A stretch of 64,000 bases of DNA from Parasitella parasitica NRRL 2501 (lineage: Eukaryota > Fungi > Mucoromycota): positions 303,552-367,551 of the forward strand of contig MU619237.1 in the NCBI GenBank assembly GCA_025201805.1, in the 5' to 3' direction. How positions within the stretch are numbered: the stretch's first letter is position 1; each line of letters starts with the position of its first letter. Positions 39,101 through 52,418 of this stretch are shown here, one piece after another. A program made the position numbers and the translations under genes. A model generated the notes under the pieces. That model was not told where the DNA came from, made no database searches, and saw only the letters and a list, made by a program, of their open reading frames with translations.

Positions 39101-40167
39101 TTCTTGGTAGAAATCCGCAGTTGCACTCCAATCATTCACCCACTTTTCGTTTACAGAATTGTAATTTTCGACAGATCTCTTATAGACTTGCTCTAATAAT
39201 TTAATTAATATTCAATTTTGATTGATTTTAATTTCTTTTTTTTATGTATACCAGCAACTGCTACCATTTTGTTTTGTTCCTCAATTTCCTTTTCAATCTT
39301 TTAAGAACATGGTCAGGCAAAAATGATTTCAAAGTTTAATCGATACTTTACCTTCATAATCTCACCTGATGAGCTATTACCCAGTTCATAACGATATGTT
39401 TCTAAAGACTTCAGTTTGCTGCATTCATTGAAATAGTAATCTTTTGCCTATAACAACGAGAAAAAAGTATCAGAATCATAAAAAAAATCACATTATATGG
39501 AATATGTATCAATTTACTCGTGCTACGTCAACTTCGTGCAAGCTTTTGAGTTGTTTGGAATTATCTATGTGTTGCTGTTGCTAACCCACGCAAAATGGTC
39601 AATTCAGCTTCTCTTACACGATCAACCACTACTTCCTTACCATTTTGCGATCATCTCTCTGATCTTTTATAAATTTGTCCAGTGGTGCCTCGAGATGATC
39701 CTTTAATTGTTGAGCTAGATCAATATGAGCACGGGCAGTTGTTTCCAATGCAGAGGGAATCCGGGATAAAGTTTCAGCAAAGCTGTTGTCTTCAAACTTT
39801 CCTATTTTCGATTCTTGGGATAATTTAAGAAGACGTTCGCCATAGTCTTGTTCAATGCTTGCGCTACAAATTGAATTGGCGTAAGCAATTGATAGCAACA
39901 GATATGTTTACTTGCGCATACCGCAGTTGATAGAGTTTTTTCAATTCCTCACATGTATCTTTTGACTTTCTTAAGCGATCAGATACAATCTCTACGCCTT
40001 TGTTTTGATCATCCTATTTTATTTTATTGAATTAACTTTTATTATAACAAGAATGATGTTTTCCTTACCCAAAAAGCATCTTTATAATTTATGGCAGAAG
40101 TGGCTATTTGTCGTTGTGGTTGCTGCTGATGTTGCTGTTGCTGTGTATGGGATATACCAGAAGCCAT
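36167..40167 (-). CDS. F-BAR + SH3 cytokinesis protein (Hof1/Cdc15-like), multi-exon
   Basis: FCH region 'YKDAFW...RASIEQDYGERLLKLS', 'QEMEVKRISYLRSTLWSFAN'; long low-complexity linker; C-terminal SH3 'AKAQWPFEASIEGEMSF...DGWWEAE...RGLVPGNY'. Confidence 0.88.
38732..38777 (-). repeat. Coding 9-bp minisatellite giving (TDA)x5
   Basis: (agcatcagt)x5 on the + strand. Confidence 0.9.
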
Positions 40168-41625
40168 AGTAAATTATAAATTTGTTTTTCGAAGTTTTTT
40201 AATATGAAGGCAATATAGAAGAAAATGTAAAATGAGGCTTCAATGGAGTGAGTAACTTTAAAANNNNNNNNNNAAAAAAAAAAAAAAAAAAAAGTAGCCA
40301 AGAAAATTTATAAATAGGATGCGAATCAAAAGAAAAAAAAAATTAGTCCAGTGACGACAGTAATAGGAGAAGAAGAATGAAGGGTCAAAGGGGGGGGGGT
40401 GAGGGATGTGGTTGTAGTAATAAAAAAAAAGCAAATTTATAGTGTAGGTGACAGGTTCCATATTATCAGCCATCCAGCCACCGTGCTCAACTGCCCATTC
40501 TTGTAATCCTTTCTTCCATCATACCAACTATCAATACTAGGCGATGAAAAAAGGGACATTGGAATTAACTTTTTGGTTTAGTTGTTGACTACGCTGAATC
40601 TTCTTTAGCTCAAATTCTGTAAATATTTAAACATCATTTGGACCTTCCATTCACAATTGAAACTTTTGGATTCCACATTTGCCATCATAGTTTAGCCTTC
40701 TATCACTTCATTGCTCAGTTTTTACGTTTTTTTAGATCCCTGAATTTGAGACGTAGCCAATATAAATTTCTATCACCATTCAAAAAAGAGTAAAAAGTCT
40801 TCGGTTTGGCCCTAAAGACATTATAAAAAGTTTTTAGAAGCATCCTTTTCCTTTATCATAGTGTTCTGGACCCATAGCTTATGTTTATTTACTAACGATT
40901 TGCTGGAAATAGTAATATGTGCCCAAAAAATGCTTTGTATTTGCCAAAGGATTTTGACATGTATTCATTCATTATAAACGAAACTTTAATAAAGCTGTAG
41001 TTGCTATGGCAATGAATTGGTAACAAAGGGGAAATTTATCTTGCCATGGCAACAGAATCCAGGGCGTTTGATATAACGTGTATTGGACCATGCACATCAT
41101 CTGGGCCGTGACAAGTGTATAACTTCCCGCGGGATGATATAAATAAACAAAAGGCAAGATGCCACAAAAATATTTATTTGTAAACAAGGAAATATATAGT
41201 TGTTCTAGAGTGTCCTCAATGCCCATATTATACATTGGAATCCATTCTTTTAACCATAACGCGACTCTTTACAAACTGATTGGATGGGTAAAGGTATTAC
41301 GGAAATAATATGGGTTTTCTTAAAGGGTTTAGGTGAAAAAAAGTTTTTTGCGGGGCGAGTCGATTTGGGCAAGCTATTTTTAGTTCTGCCGCTCGATTTT
41401 TAGTCATGATGCCACAATTTAACCAATCAAACAATATATGAATCAACTATTTTATCATGCTGAACCAAGCTGTATTTGGAACGAAAAGTCCCACGGCTTG
41501 TAGGTCCATATAAATAGGCATTAAAAATTGTAATTTCAACATGATCTTCAGGTTATCATATTAACTGTTTCTTATACTATCTCAAACTTTGCTTACCGCT
41601 CAATTTCTGGTTGTTTCTCTCTAAA

Positions 41626-41907
41626 ATGGATCCTGGTTATAAGCTTCTTCAACACATTAAGACTGTCCCCAACTTGATCAATGAAGACCCTAGTATTACT
41701 ACTCCCAAGAACTCAAGTTTCATGGACATGCCATGGTCCGAATTCTCTAAATTGCTAAGCACAAATAAGCGTCGTTCCTCTGCATCAGCGAGTAGTATCA
41801 TCTCTGAAGAATCAACCGATTCTACTGATGATAAAGAAGACTTTTCTCTTGGTAATTGGGACTCCATGACGGGTTATCAAGATACTGAACATAGAAACAC
41901 TTTATAA
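41626..41907 (+). CDS. Small Ser-rich hypothetical protein (93 aa)
   Basis: aaaATG context, T/C-ending codon bias, 'RRSS' motif; no recognised domain. Confidence 0.55.
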   Translation: MDPGYKLLQHIKTVPNLINEDPSITTPKNSSFMDMPWSEFSKLLSTNKRRSSASASSIISEESTDSTDDKEDFSLGNWDSMTGYQDTEHRNTL

Positions 41908-42027
41908 ACTACAAATTATCACTTATTTATACAACTAGCATCCGTCAATTTTCCTTATTAACTCCATACTTGTCTTTCTTTCTTTTAATAAATAACACAC
42001 TTAAGCACCTTGTTACACACCACCTGA

Positions 42028-44001
42028 ATGATTCTCTCACGGTGCATGGTCTGTGAAACTGATTTAAACCAAGTTGATGATCCATTGGCATATCACGAAC
42101 AATACTTGACAAATCTAGTTGAAACTAACGAAAACGCAAGAAAGATATTTGCTTGTTTGCTTAGAATTCTGTTAATCTATAAACACGATGTTCGATACAA
42201 GAATTCACCTCGCTATCTAAGATTATGGATCATGTATATTTTCTATCTTCATACGTCTCTCATTTATCCTACTTTATTTGGCTTGATAGATAACAAAATA
42301 GGCGATAAGCTTGCCATATTGTATGAAGCTATCGCATATCAGCAGTTGCAAGAAAGAAGGTAACTCTATGGCTGCATGTATACAGCGATAACAATCGTAT
42401 TCATGAAAAGTAGACACCACGATGTAGAAGCTACTCTTTTATTGGGTATTAACCGCAATGCTCATCCATTAGCAAGGCTAAACAAAGCCCTACAAGAGTT
42501 CAAATCAACTGGGGTACTGCAATTCGACATAAATCAGTGCAGACTGGAATCGTACAAAGCAGCAGTTCAAATCGACCAGCATAATACTATGCATTTAACA
42601 AAAGTAGAAATATAACTAGCTGTATTAAAATCTAGCTTCTCATTTATTATTGCACTATAGAAACCTCAAACAGAAGAGCCTTTGAAAAATCATTTGAATT
42701 GGATCAATTTAAAATTACAGCATACAAAGCGTGGAGATATCCTTCGCCAATGCCACAAACGCCAATGCTCCTATGAAGAACTGAGAGCAAAAACACGATA
42801 TCATCGCCTCATTCGCAATCCAAATAACATGGGTCAAGATATCAAAAGAGAGGAGGATAGTGTACGGGGGTCTTTGTTCTATTTTACGAGGGATCATGTC
42901 GTGAATAACGCTCCAGCACGATACAAAGATCGGCAACGGCAGCTTAATGTAGTACAATTACCTTACACTCCTGGTTTTATTGCACATCGCCTCATGCTTA
43001 GCGGTGTAATGGACCGTGAGACTTATCACCTTCTCGACCAAACAAGTGCTCAAAAAGACATTTTAGACAAATTAAAGGAATGGTTTCATCATAAGCGAAA
43101 CATCACTCCCAAAAAGCTGATCAGTCTGGGCAATGACACATTCCATGTCGTAAGCAAACTAGGTCAAGGTGGTTTGGCTAATGTCTACTTGGTTCAGCAT
43201 ACAGCAACTTTCGCCTATTACGGCCTCAAAGTACAACAACCCCCTCATCCTTGGGAATATTACATATTTTGCCAAATACACGACAGAAAGTCGAGCCATA
43301 TAAGTGTATTGGATGTGTATGATTTCTATCAGTATAGCGATGCAAGTTTTTTACTCATGTATTTGGTACGGAACGGCACATTACTTGATGCTCTCAATTT
43401 ATCTCGTCCGCTGAAGAGTTTTATGCCTGAACCGATTGTTTTAATCATTATAACGCACCTGCTTGAGGATTTGATAAAGTTACACGGTCTTCAAATTGCT
43501 CACAATGACCTCAAATTAGACAATATCATGCTTGGCAACATCGAACAAGCTGCCGAATTCCCAAAAATCATGATAATTGACTTTGGTAATGCAATTGACG
43601 TCTCAGCATCACCTCCTCAAAGTTTGTTTCGAGCGAATTGGCCACCTGCTTGTCCCAAATCAGACTTTCCCCAGTTAAATCAATCTTATCCACCTTTCCA
43701 TGCAGATTACTGGCAATTAGCAACCATTGCACATCTATTATTGTATGGTACGCCGATGACTGCGTCAAAAAGTATGAATGCACACTATTCAATCCAGCAA
43801 CCCATTCGACGCTATTGGCATAAAGAGATCTGGACAGAGTTCTTTCAAATCTTGCTCAACCCTGCCTCATTCTCCGAGGAAGATAACCTGAATCGATTGT
43901 GGTCTCGATTCCAGCAAGCGAGCCAGAATGTATCTCAGACGACCATAATTTCATTCACGTCGATGCTCCAAGCAAATGCTCACATCAAACAATCTGCGTA
44001 A
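42028..44001 (+). CDS. BUB1: Short Bub1-like spindle-checkpoint kinase (3 exons)
   Basis: TPR 'DDPL...YKNSPRYLRLW...IGDKLAILYE...LGINRNAHPLARL'; GLEBS-like 'CSYEELRA'; kinase 'LGQGGLANVY', 'LKVQQPPHPWEYYI', 'HNDLKLDN', 'IDFGNAID'. Confidence 0.82.
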
Positions 44002-44258
44002 ATGATTCGAAATATTAAACAATAACAAGAATAAAAATAATACAAAAAAGCAATTTTACGCTATTGAGTGTGGGTACGACACCTCATACATTAATGAACA
44101 TTAATGGGAAGCACTGATCTAATACGGCCTAGGTTACACTATTTCAGTTCTTTATTGGAAAGGAAAATGAGAAGATTCAGACATATTGAAAAATCTGCGC
44201 TCAATGGTTTATTTTTAGGTATATGATAATATCTCTTTAACAAGTGTCTATATTAATA

Positions 44259-46043
44259 CTATGTCCTGATATTAATTTTGCCTGCTTTTGTCATACTTCT
44301 GACACCTTTGTATGGCTTGTAGCCTTCATGGAATAGTCGAAGACTATCGACTTTAAGACCAGACACAGAGAACATATTGATTTGAAATTCTAATCCTATA
44401 CTCATTCCGACTTCTGGATTCGACTCACTTGTGCTAAAGGTGCCGGATAGTACGGGCGCTCTGTCTCTCTGTGATAGCTTACCAATTTCCCATCGGATAG
44501 ACTATAAAGCGGTTTTTTAGCGATATAAACAACCATTGTAGTTATAGACGAACATCTACCTTGTTGACAGGATCATACATATATTGCCCATAATTGCAGG
44601 TTGCATTGACACTGGTAGTGCTCTTTGGCATAGGCAAGACGAGAACAATCTTTTCAATTGACTTTCCATCTGTTGATCTAGGATGAACTGTAATATCATA
44701 TCGACCTCCATTTTTTGTGGGCATGATTTGTGGCTTTATCTGCAAAGGCATTGCTTGATATGGGGACAATGTGGCCCTGGATATGCACGCATTGGTTAAA
44801 ATCACAATTTCCCCATAAACCATCAAAATGAAATTAACCTGTATGACATTAACTTGAATTGTCCATCTGGAGGGACAAAAGACAAGACCTTTTCGCTATC
44901 CCATTTACGGTACCTGCCACACAAAATCTGCATATAAGTTATGGAATAAAACCGCCACATCGTTGTTTATACCTCACACAGGGATGAAAACTAACATCAT
45001 CGATGACTTTGGCATTCACAAAATTTAATGACAAATCAGGCATTCCACTCAATTTACTGTTAGCTTGCACAACGCCATGAGCTTCGCAAGAGACAACTGT
45101 CCCATTGCTAAGAATATATCAGCATCATATCTAGTAACCTTGTAAACAACACTTACGCTGAAATAGTTGCATCGATCTCCTCGATGATATCGAAGTAAAT
45201 CTCGTTTTGCGTATATTTGACGCCAGCTTTTCTCCATGGTATATTCGACATACTCTGTGGAAACTTGGGTGCCACACTACCGAAAAAAAAAAAAAAAAGC
45301 AGAATCAATATCCATCCTTATGAGAATAGCACTTACTAAACCTCACCCTGCTGCTGCGCCAACAGTAGTCATCATCTTGTTCATAATCGTAGGTGGCATG
45401 ATGAGTTCCTTCAATGCATTTGGCTCGGTTGTCAACGGGTATCCGTAATCCATCATTTCTTCCAATAGCTTGCAGACGCAGATCAGTATGTAATATCGCT
45501 ATCATGCACCACAAAATTACCTGATATACTGTAACGAAATTCTCTCTGATGGACGACTCTGATACATCGCCCAAATAATCGGTCAAAACATCCATGATAC
45601 GATGAATAAATTCAAACACCAACATGGGGTCCACTGTGTCAACAAAAATAAGCACTCTGTCTTTGCATACAAGTAGCTAAACCAAACCTTCTCTCTCTAC
45701 AGGGCACAGCCAGGTTAAGCCGTCTCGTAATACATTCAGTAACCAGTACTTGTTGGATTCTAAAACAGGGGGAACATCGTCCTGTGTGAAAAAGGGCTCC
45801 TTCATAGATAAACCTTTGCCTCCGTTATTGTCTTCCATAGAGCCAGGCAGAGAGTTTTTGAATTTGGTACATTCATCATTGAACACATCCACAATTTGCC
45901 TAGAGATGATCCCACGCCAGTGCTTTTCAATAATGATTTTGCTGTTGTTGTTTGTTTGTTGGGTCAGATAAGGGATCAGAAATGATATGGCCCAGTTGCT
46001 TTGCTTACCCTTGGCTATTGATCACAAACAGTGAGTTGATCAT
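44259..46043 (-). CDS. APM3: AP-3 adaptor complex mu subunit, multi-exon
   Basis: 'MINSLFVINSQG.IIIEKHWR', 'RENFVTVYQLLEEMMDYGYPLTTEPNALKELIMPP', 'IPWRKAGVKYTQNEIYFD', 'SFHPCVR', 'SFVPPDGQF', 'KPYKGVRSMTKAG'. Confidence 0.93.
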
Positions 46044-47975
46044 TTTAATCTAAAGAAGTACGCGAATGAACTGGAAGAAGGTTAGTTTATTGTTTTGTTT
46101 CAATTTTATTTCGGTTCGTTCGAGTCACGAATGCATTCGTTTGGTATTGAATAACCGATGGAACATGCCATAGCGCCAAGAACTTGAACCTAATGCCTTG
46201 GAAGCGCTCTTTCTCCCTTCTAAGGCTATCCTCTAGTAGTTGGGGGATAATGCCTTGAAGGTGATACTTGGATGCAATGCGTAGTGTTGCCTAGGATTAT
46301 TGCTCGCTTTCAGCGTCTTTCATTCAAGATTAAACTTCCTATTTCCTAGTGAATAAACTATTGTGTATGGCATTTCATTTTCTTTCAATGTTGTGTGGCA
46401 ACTTTTTTGATAGCCTTGCCATCTATTAAAAAAAAAAGGGGGGGGGCAATGATCACGTAGTAGGCATACATATGAAATATAGGAAACATTTTTTCCTAAG
46501 ATATTGTTAAGCAAGGTATTGCTATAAAATCGTATAGTAGAATATACGTACAATAGCTGATTACTGCATCATACGCTTCAATATTAAACTTTTTGACAAA
46601 TTTATTCCTTCTGCCTCTAGGATACATAGCCTTTCCATCACGAAAAAGCCTAAAGACTGGTTGCCGACTAGATATCACTCTCATTACTGATTTAGGCTTA
46701 TTTTCGTCAAATTATACCTTTTTCGGCCAATTCAAGCGCTCGGAGCTACACCAAATGTTTTCTCGTAACTCGCTGCTATTATCTGAAGAGTTTCCCCCAA
46801 AAAAGTAAATGACAAGAAAATCGCCAATTTTTGGTAATTTTTCATGAGGGACCCCTCATGGAAAGTTGATGGAAAACACAAATCCTCGAATTTGACCCAA
46901 AAAACGTAGCTTTTTACTAAGGGGTATATTAGTCAAAAATATTCTGTCTTACTTCCAAAATAATGTACAACTGCCATTTTAGGTATTATTTATGCAAAAT
47001 ATAGTCTCTGCATCAAAAAACACATTTTGCTTCAATCGCAAATTACTCGAGATTTCTAATCAAAAGTTTGTTTAAAATACATACTGTTAGACACGAAATT
47101 TAATATTTTACAAGTCTACTTAGTATTATAACGGATACTTTCTTAATACGTTTTAGAGATAATGGCGAAATTGTGTCAGATGAATCCGAAATCCTGTCCA
47201 TTAACCAAATCTACGAAGAAACGGGATGTCGGAGAATAAAGCCGGTATCACCACCACTGCTACTGCCATTACTACTACAAAGATTTCAGATTTTGGTTGG
47301 TAGCAAGGTACATAATGCCTCGTAAAAAGGATCCAACAGAAAAAAAAATTAGAAAGAAAGAGAGATACAATAAAATTGAAATAACCAAGATGTTTTTCAA
47401 AACTTTTGAAATAGCTCCAATGGTCGAAAATAGTTGAATGAAGCCGCAAAATCATTGCATTTTGTGTTGGTTTAATGTCAATTTATATTGCTAGTTTCGT
47501 AATTTCTTTATTTTTCGATATATTGAAAAAACGTATACATAATCTCGAGTGTGTTGTATTCGAAAAAAAGCTATTTTATTCTGTTTTCTTTGGCTTAAAT
47601 CAGGTAACATTTCAGAGCTCTAGAGCCATCAATCCTAAAACAGACTTGTTTATCAGATCAAAAAGACAAAGTGACCTTCTATTTAACAGGGATCAACTCA
47701 TGGCCGTACAAGGATATAAATCATAACAGTGCGAACCATAGCAGGTTTGGGTACTAGGTCGGTACCACAAGCTTTTTGAGTCCTACAATGCAAAATGGCT
47801 TTTTTCTCATTTGGTGACTGATTTGTAGGCTAAACTTACTACATTTGTCAAAAAAAAAGCTTTTTCTTTCTTCGTCTATAAATAATAGTTCTAGAGACAT
47901 CTTTACTCGATTCTCGTGCTTTCCATATACACAATTACCTTGTTTCTCTAGCCACTCGCACATGAATATTACAAA

Positions 47976-50184
47976 ATGCCTGGTACTACAGCGACATCAC
48001 CTCCACAGCCTTCAATAGAAGCTGAAAATAACAGCGAACAACCTTCCGAAGATCTATTGAACGTTGACAAAAATGAAGAGTAATGTGTATAACGTCAAAT
48101 GCGAGACGTAAATAAAAGGGTGATCTGTATTAACACATATGCTATAGCTACCAGTCAGTCTTACAAGCCTTACAAGTGTTGAAGCAACAGTTGGCCATCG
48201 CCACAAGCGATGTACAAGTCCTTGGAACCCTAAAATCCGAAGCACTTGCGGATCCTTACTCGTTCATTAGCAACCTTAGAAAAAAAGTAAGCATAAAAGC
48301 AGTTTGTAATGGAAACGCTTACATTTTTTTTTTTTTTTTTTTTAATATTTCAACAGTCGAAAGACAAAATGCCAAAACTACAAAAGGTAGTTGCTGTGCC
48401 TGATATCAATTGGAACAAGTATCGCTTTTTGCCTGAATCAAGAATTGTACAACAACAAGCTGCTTTGAATGATTTGATACTACAAGCCAAAAAATCCGCT
48501 TATTGCGTAAAGTGTCCTTTGATCAATTTTTTTTTTATGGTGGACAACTAACATGATATTTATTTATACTGCAGAGCATATTAGATACTACGGCAGAATA
48601 TATCTCAACACCCTCGACCACACCAACCGCTGCGAAGAGTCTGCAGCAAGAATTAGCCAAGGCAACTCAAGCCATGCTTCAAATTCCCTTTCGTGCTTCT
48701 TCCGTTTCAGACATTTCAGAGGATGAGGCAGACGACATAGAAAGTCTAGGCGCCAAAGCAGCCCCTAGATCAATACGCGGCATCGTTTCTTCTGACAGAA
48801 AACTTGTTTCCGGTAAAGGCAAGGGAAAGAGAAGGACTTCGACTGTTCAGACTGGAAGAGACTTGCAGGCAAGCTCTATGGAAGTTTCTGAAGCAGAAAG
48901 GTAAATCCAGCTATGCATATCTTTCGCACATTCGACCAACTCTATCTATCCATTATGCTAGCCCTGCCGTATCTAGACTTCAATCAATGGAGCCTCCAGC
49001 ACCTGATGAATATACTCCTACACCAGAGACAAATTCAGTAAGTTATGGACCGCTAAAGTGAAGAATCAGCATGTTGACATCAAAGTATAGGACGATTCGT
49101 CTCGAGTGCTGACATTTAACCAACCTTGGTCAGACCAGGAGCAGGTACATTTATATATCCATATGTTGACAGTAGTTGGTGGTGATAACTGACGTTATAT
49201 CACTTTATTAAGCAACGGCTGCAAGAATTATTAATCACGTTCCCAGATGAGCCTGTTCAGGCACAAAGATTCAACAAAATTTCAAAAGCGTTGGGCACTC
49301 GTACACCACGGCAAGTGGCAAGTCGAGTACAAAAGTACTTTATCAAGCTTGCCAAAATGGGATTGCCAGTTCCTGGTAGAATTACAATTCCCGTAAGAAA
49401 ATGCCCACTCTTCTTTAATACGTATTTTTATATTCACATTTATTATCAATTGGCAGCCTTCTTGCATGCCTAAAACCGATATTACGGTGAAAAAACCAAA
49501 GGCGAAATCGAAAGCAAAGAACACTCAAGGACGCATATCGAAACCTTCTGCACCTCCAGTGCTACGAACATCAGGCATCGGTTACAACAGCATTATGTCT
49601 GGTGGGTTCACTAAGCAAAGAATATCGGGCGGACATTATGCAAATACATCTGGTCCGCCCGCTGTATATATGTCGGACGATGAGGAGGACACCAGCGTCA
49701 AAGAGATGATGCGAAATGCAAGTTCATCTTGCTTTAGTGTTTATGGATTTGGTTACTAAATTATTTGCTGTATTTAGGCCGCGGCTAATGGCGCAACGGA
49801 AGTTGTTCACGAAGGATATGCTGTAAGTTACCTTGCTCGCCCCCGCCCCCCTCTGATCGAACATGTATTAACCAGACGTCCTAGTGCGATTCTTGCGGAG
49901 CAGAGCCTATTGTAGGCGTTTTGTATAAATGCGTTGTATGTGATGTAAGCGAAGAAGTTGATTTATGCGGAAGTTGTATGGAAAAAGGCACATTTACAAA
50001 CGGTAATGATGTAAACGAGTGGATTTCGTCTCAAAGAGTTGCTTATCTTTTTTTTTAATTAGACCATCATACACTGGATCATTCGTTTGAAGCAGTGCGA
50101 ACGGCGAACCCTTTACCCTACTATGCCGATGACGACTACAAATCGCCCGAACATCTAGGAGAATATAGCTATCTTGGGTTTTAG
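47976..50184 (+). CDS. ZZZ3: ZZ-type zinc finger/Myb-SANT protein, ZZZ3-like (~11-12 exons)
   Basis: 'DYQSVLQALQVL...EALADPYSFISNLRKK', 'PKLQKVVAVPDINWNKY', SANT 'FNQPWSDQEQ...LGTRTPRQVASRVQKYFIKLAKMGLPVPGR', ZZ 'HEGYACDSCGAEPIVGVLYKCVVC...DLCGSC'. Confidence 0.88.
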
Positions 50185-50357
50185 TGTTTTTCTTTAATTT
50201 ATTTTATAATACAATGATGTGATGAAATGAAGATTTGGATTGTATAAAAAAAAAATAGTAGTGTGTGTGTGTGTGTGCGACTGGAAGAGGGTATTTACAA
50301 ATAAGAAATGTAATTTACATGTATATAAGAGGGGGGGTGGAAGGCGAAGGTTATTTA

Positions 50358-51692
50358 CTACTGTTTCTTTGAGCCTGACATGCTTGTATGATGATGGTCG
50401 CGATTCAAGGCATCGATGCCTTTCTCACACACCAAAATAGACCGAGTCCATTCCATTTGCAATACCTGTTCAGCAGTGATACGCGTCTCGGGATTAGGGT
50501 CCAATAAGCTGTAAATGAGTTCACGCATGGGATCAGGAAACTTTTTGAAGTTTGGGAATGTTTTGGCAGGATTGTGTCTGACATAGTTGCGAAATTCACG
50601 GTCTGATTTCTGGTCTGCACGGATCCAAGCATGGCCGCCGCGCCACATGGAATACATGACAATCCCTGCCGACCAGATGTCAGCATTAGCGCCCCAGTAG
50701 TCGTGGTCCTTTTCGAAAGCCTCGGGCGCAATATAAGGCTCGGAACCCACCAAGCCATGACTCTTATGGCCCGTCTTTTCCCAAGCGCAGCGAAAGACAT
50801 CCGAGACACCAAAGTCTGTGATTTTTAATTTGCCGTCTAGAGTCAACAGTAGGTTTTCAGGCTTAATGTCGCGATGTGCCACGCCCACAGAGTGAAGATA
50901 GGCCAAGCCCTGCATCATCTGCTTGAAGCAGCAGGTCAGCTCCAGCTCGGCCATATGCTCTGACATGATGACAGAAAACAGATCGCCTCCAGGACAGTAC
51001 TCCATCACTGTGCAGTACCTACTCTGGTCGTCTAGCACCAGATCGATCGTTTCGACGACATTGACATGACGAAATGTAGAAGAAATGCAGAACTCGCTAG
51101 TCAGTTTTTTCATGTAATCTTTCTCAGATTCCGCCTTGTTGCGCTTGCGAAATTGCTTGATGGCATACAGCTTGCAGGATTTGCGGCTTTGAGAACCAGA
51201 CGACGAGGGGATCATGCTTTTGCTACGGCACACAGAGATTATGGCAGTGGAGCCCTTGCCGAGCCGCTTGTAGCATTCGCCATATTCCCGAAGATTGGTC
51301 GTATTCAAGCGATGCAATTTGCTAGTGCCGACAGACATGGAATCGCTGATAGAATCGCTGCTGCTCTTTATCGTAGTCAGCGTCTGTCTTGACACGGACG
51401 GGGAAAGCTGGACTGGTGTGGTATTGGCTGAAGTACTGTCTACTGATTTAGGATGCTGCGCATGCTTAGTATGTTGATCTGATTTGGATGCTTGTTGCTG
51501 AGATTGGTGGTGGATGTGCAATTGCTTGAAGAGCCAATTTTTGCCATCCTCAAATGTGGTATCGGACGAAGAAGCCATTGATGATGAGTCCCTTGAGTTT
51601 CTTCGGCTAGTTTGAGTGGAGCAGATTTTTGGATTGGGCTTTCCGTGAGGCTTCTGCTGAGACATGTGGAAGAGATTGGACAAGTGAACCAT
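50358..51692 (-). CDS. Npr/Hal-family Ser/Thr kinase (HRK1/SAT4-like), intronless
   Basis: 'LGKGSTA', 'YAIKQFRKR...KKLTSEFCISSTFRHVNVVETIDL', 'HRDIKPEN', 'DFG', 'GSEPYIAPE'. Confidence 0.92.
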   Translation of the reverse strand: MVHLSNLFHMSQQKPHGKPNPKICSTQTSRRNSRDSSSMASSSDTTFEDGKNWLFKQLHIHHQSQQQASKSDQHTKHAQHPKSVDSTSANTTPVQLSPSVSRQTLTTIKSSSDSISDSMSVGTSKLHRLNTTNLREYGECYKRLGKGSTAIISVCRSKSMIPSSSGSQSRKSCKLYAIKQFRKRNKAESEKDYMKKLTSEFCISSTFRHVNVVETIDLVLDDQSRYCTVMEYCPGGDLFSVIMSEHMAELELTCCFKQMMQGLAYLHSVGVAHRDIKPENLLLTLDGKLKITDFGVSDVFRCAWEKTGHKSHGLVGSEPYIAPEAFEKDHDYWGANADIWSAGIVMYSMWRGGHAWIRADQKSDREFRNYVRHNPAKTFPNFKKFPDPMRELIYSLLDPNPETRITAEQVLQMEWTRSILVCEKGIDALNRDHHHTSMSGSKKQ

Positions 51693-52418
51693 TGTTGGAG
51701 GGAAAAAAAAATAGATAAAAAAAATATATGAAAAGAGCCTTTCTTTAATACAATTGAACAAAAGTTTCCCTCCTTTATGTGCGTATGTTTTCTGTCTGAT
51801 TTATTTCTTATAGATGTCAAGAAAGAAGGAAAAAGCGAAAAATTTACCCTACCTTTGTAGTTGTAAAAAGCCTCTCATCCGTTTTTTCTTTTGATCGGAG
51901 ACAATGCCTTATATGTATACATTGATGGCACATTCATTCATAATCCAAAGGGCTGCTGTCCAATCAAGCAGGTCTCATATGTAAGCATCGACTCGGGCCA
52001 TTTTCGATTTGGTAGCAAACTACTTTTAGGACTGGCATGCAATAATTTGAACGAAAGCTGCTTGTAGTTAAGACGTCGTGGTACCGAAATATTAGCATTA
52101 TAATGACTGCATTCATTGTTCCTACGACGAGATAAAAAAAACATGGATTGGGCTGCTGGTATGTACTCGCTACTTTTTGTATCAAAAGTAAACATTTGTG
52201 AGTATTTTTGTGCTCCATAAACAAGCGAGCATCAATTCGTATCTCTACAGATCGATGGAGAGGATCTATAACGCATTATCTCCCCCCCCCCTTTTTTTTT
52301 TTCTTCTTTCAATTCGTAAAAAGAATAATCAAAAGTTTAATGATATTAATCAACAATAAAAAGAACGCTTTCCCATTTATTGATTAAAACAATGCAACGC
52401 AATCAGAAAAAAAAGAGC

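Noticed and set aside
41060-41125. 'VLDHAHHLGRDKC' resembling an LTR integrase zinc finger
   Set aside because: Too short, flanked by stops, no other pol motifs.
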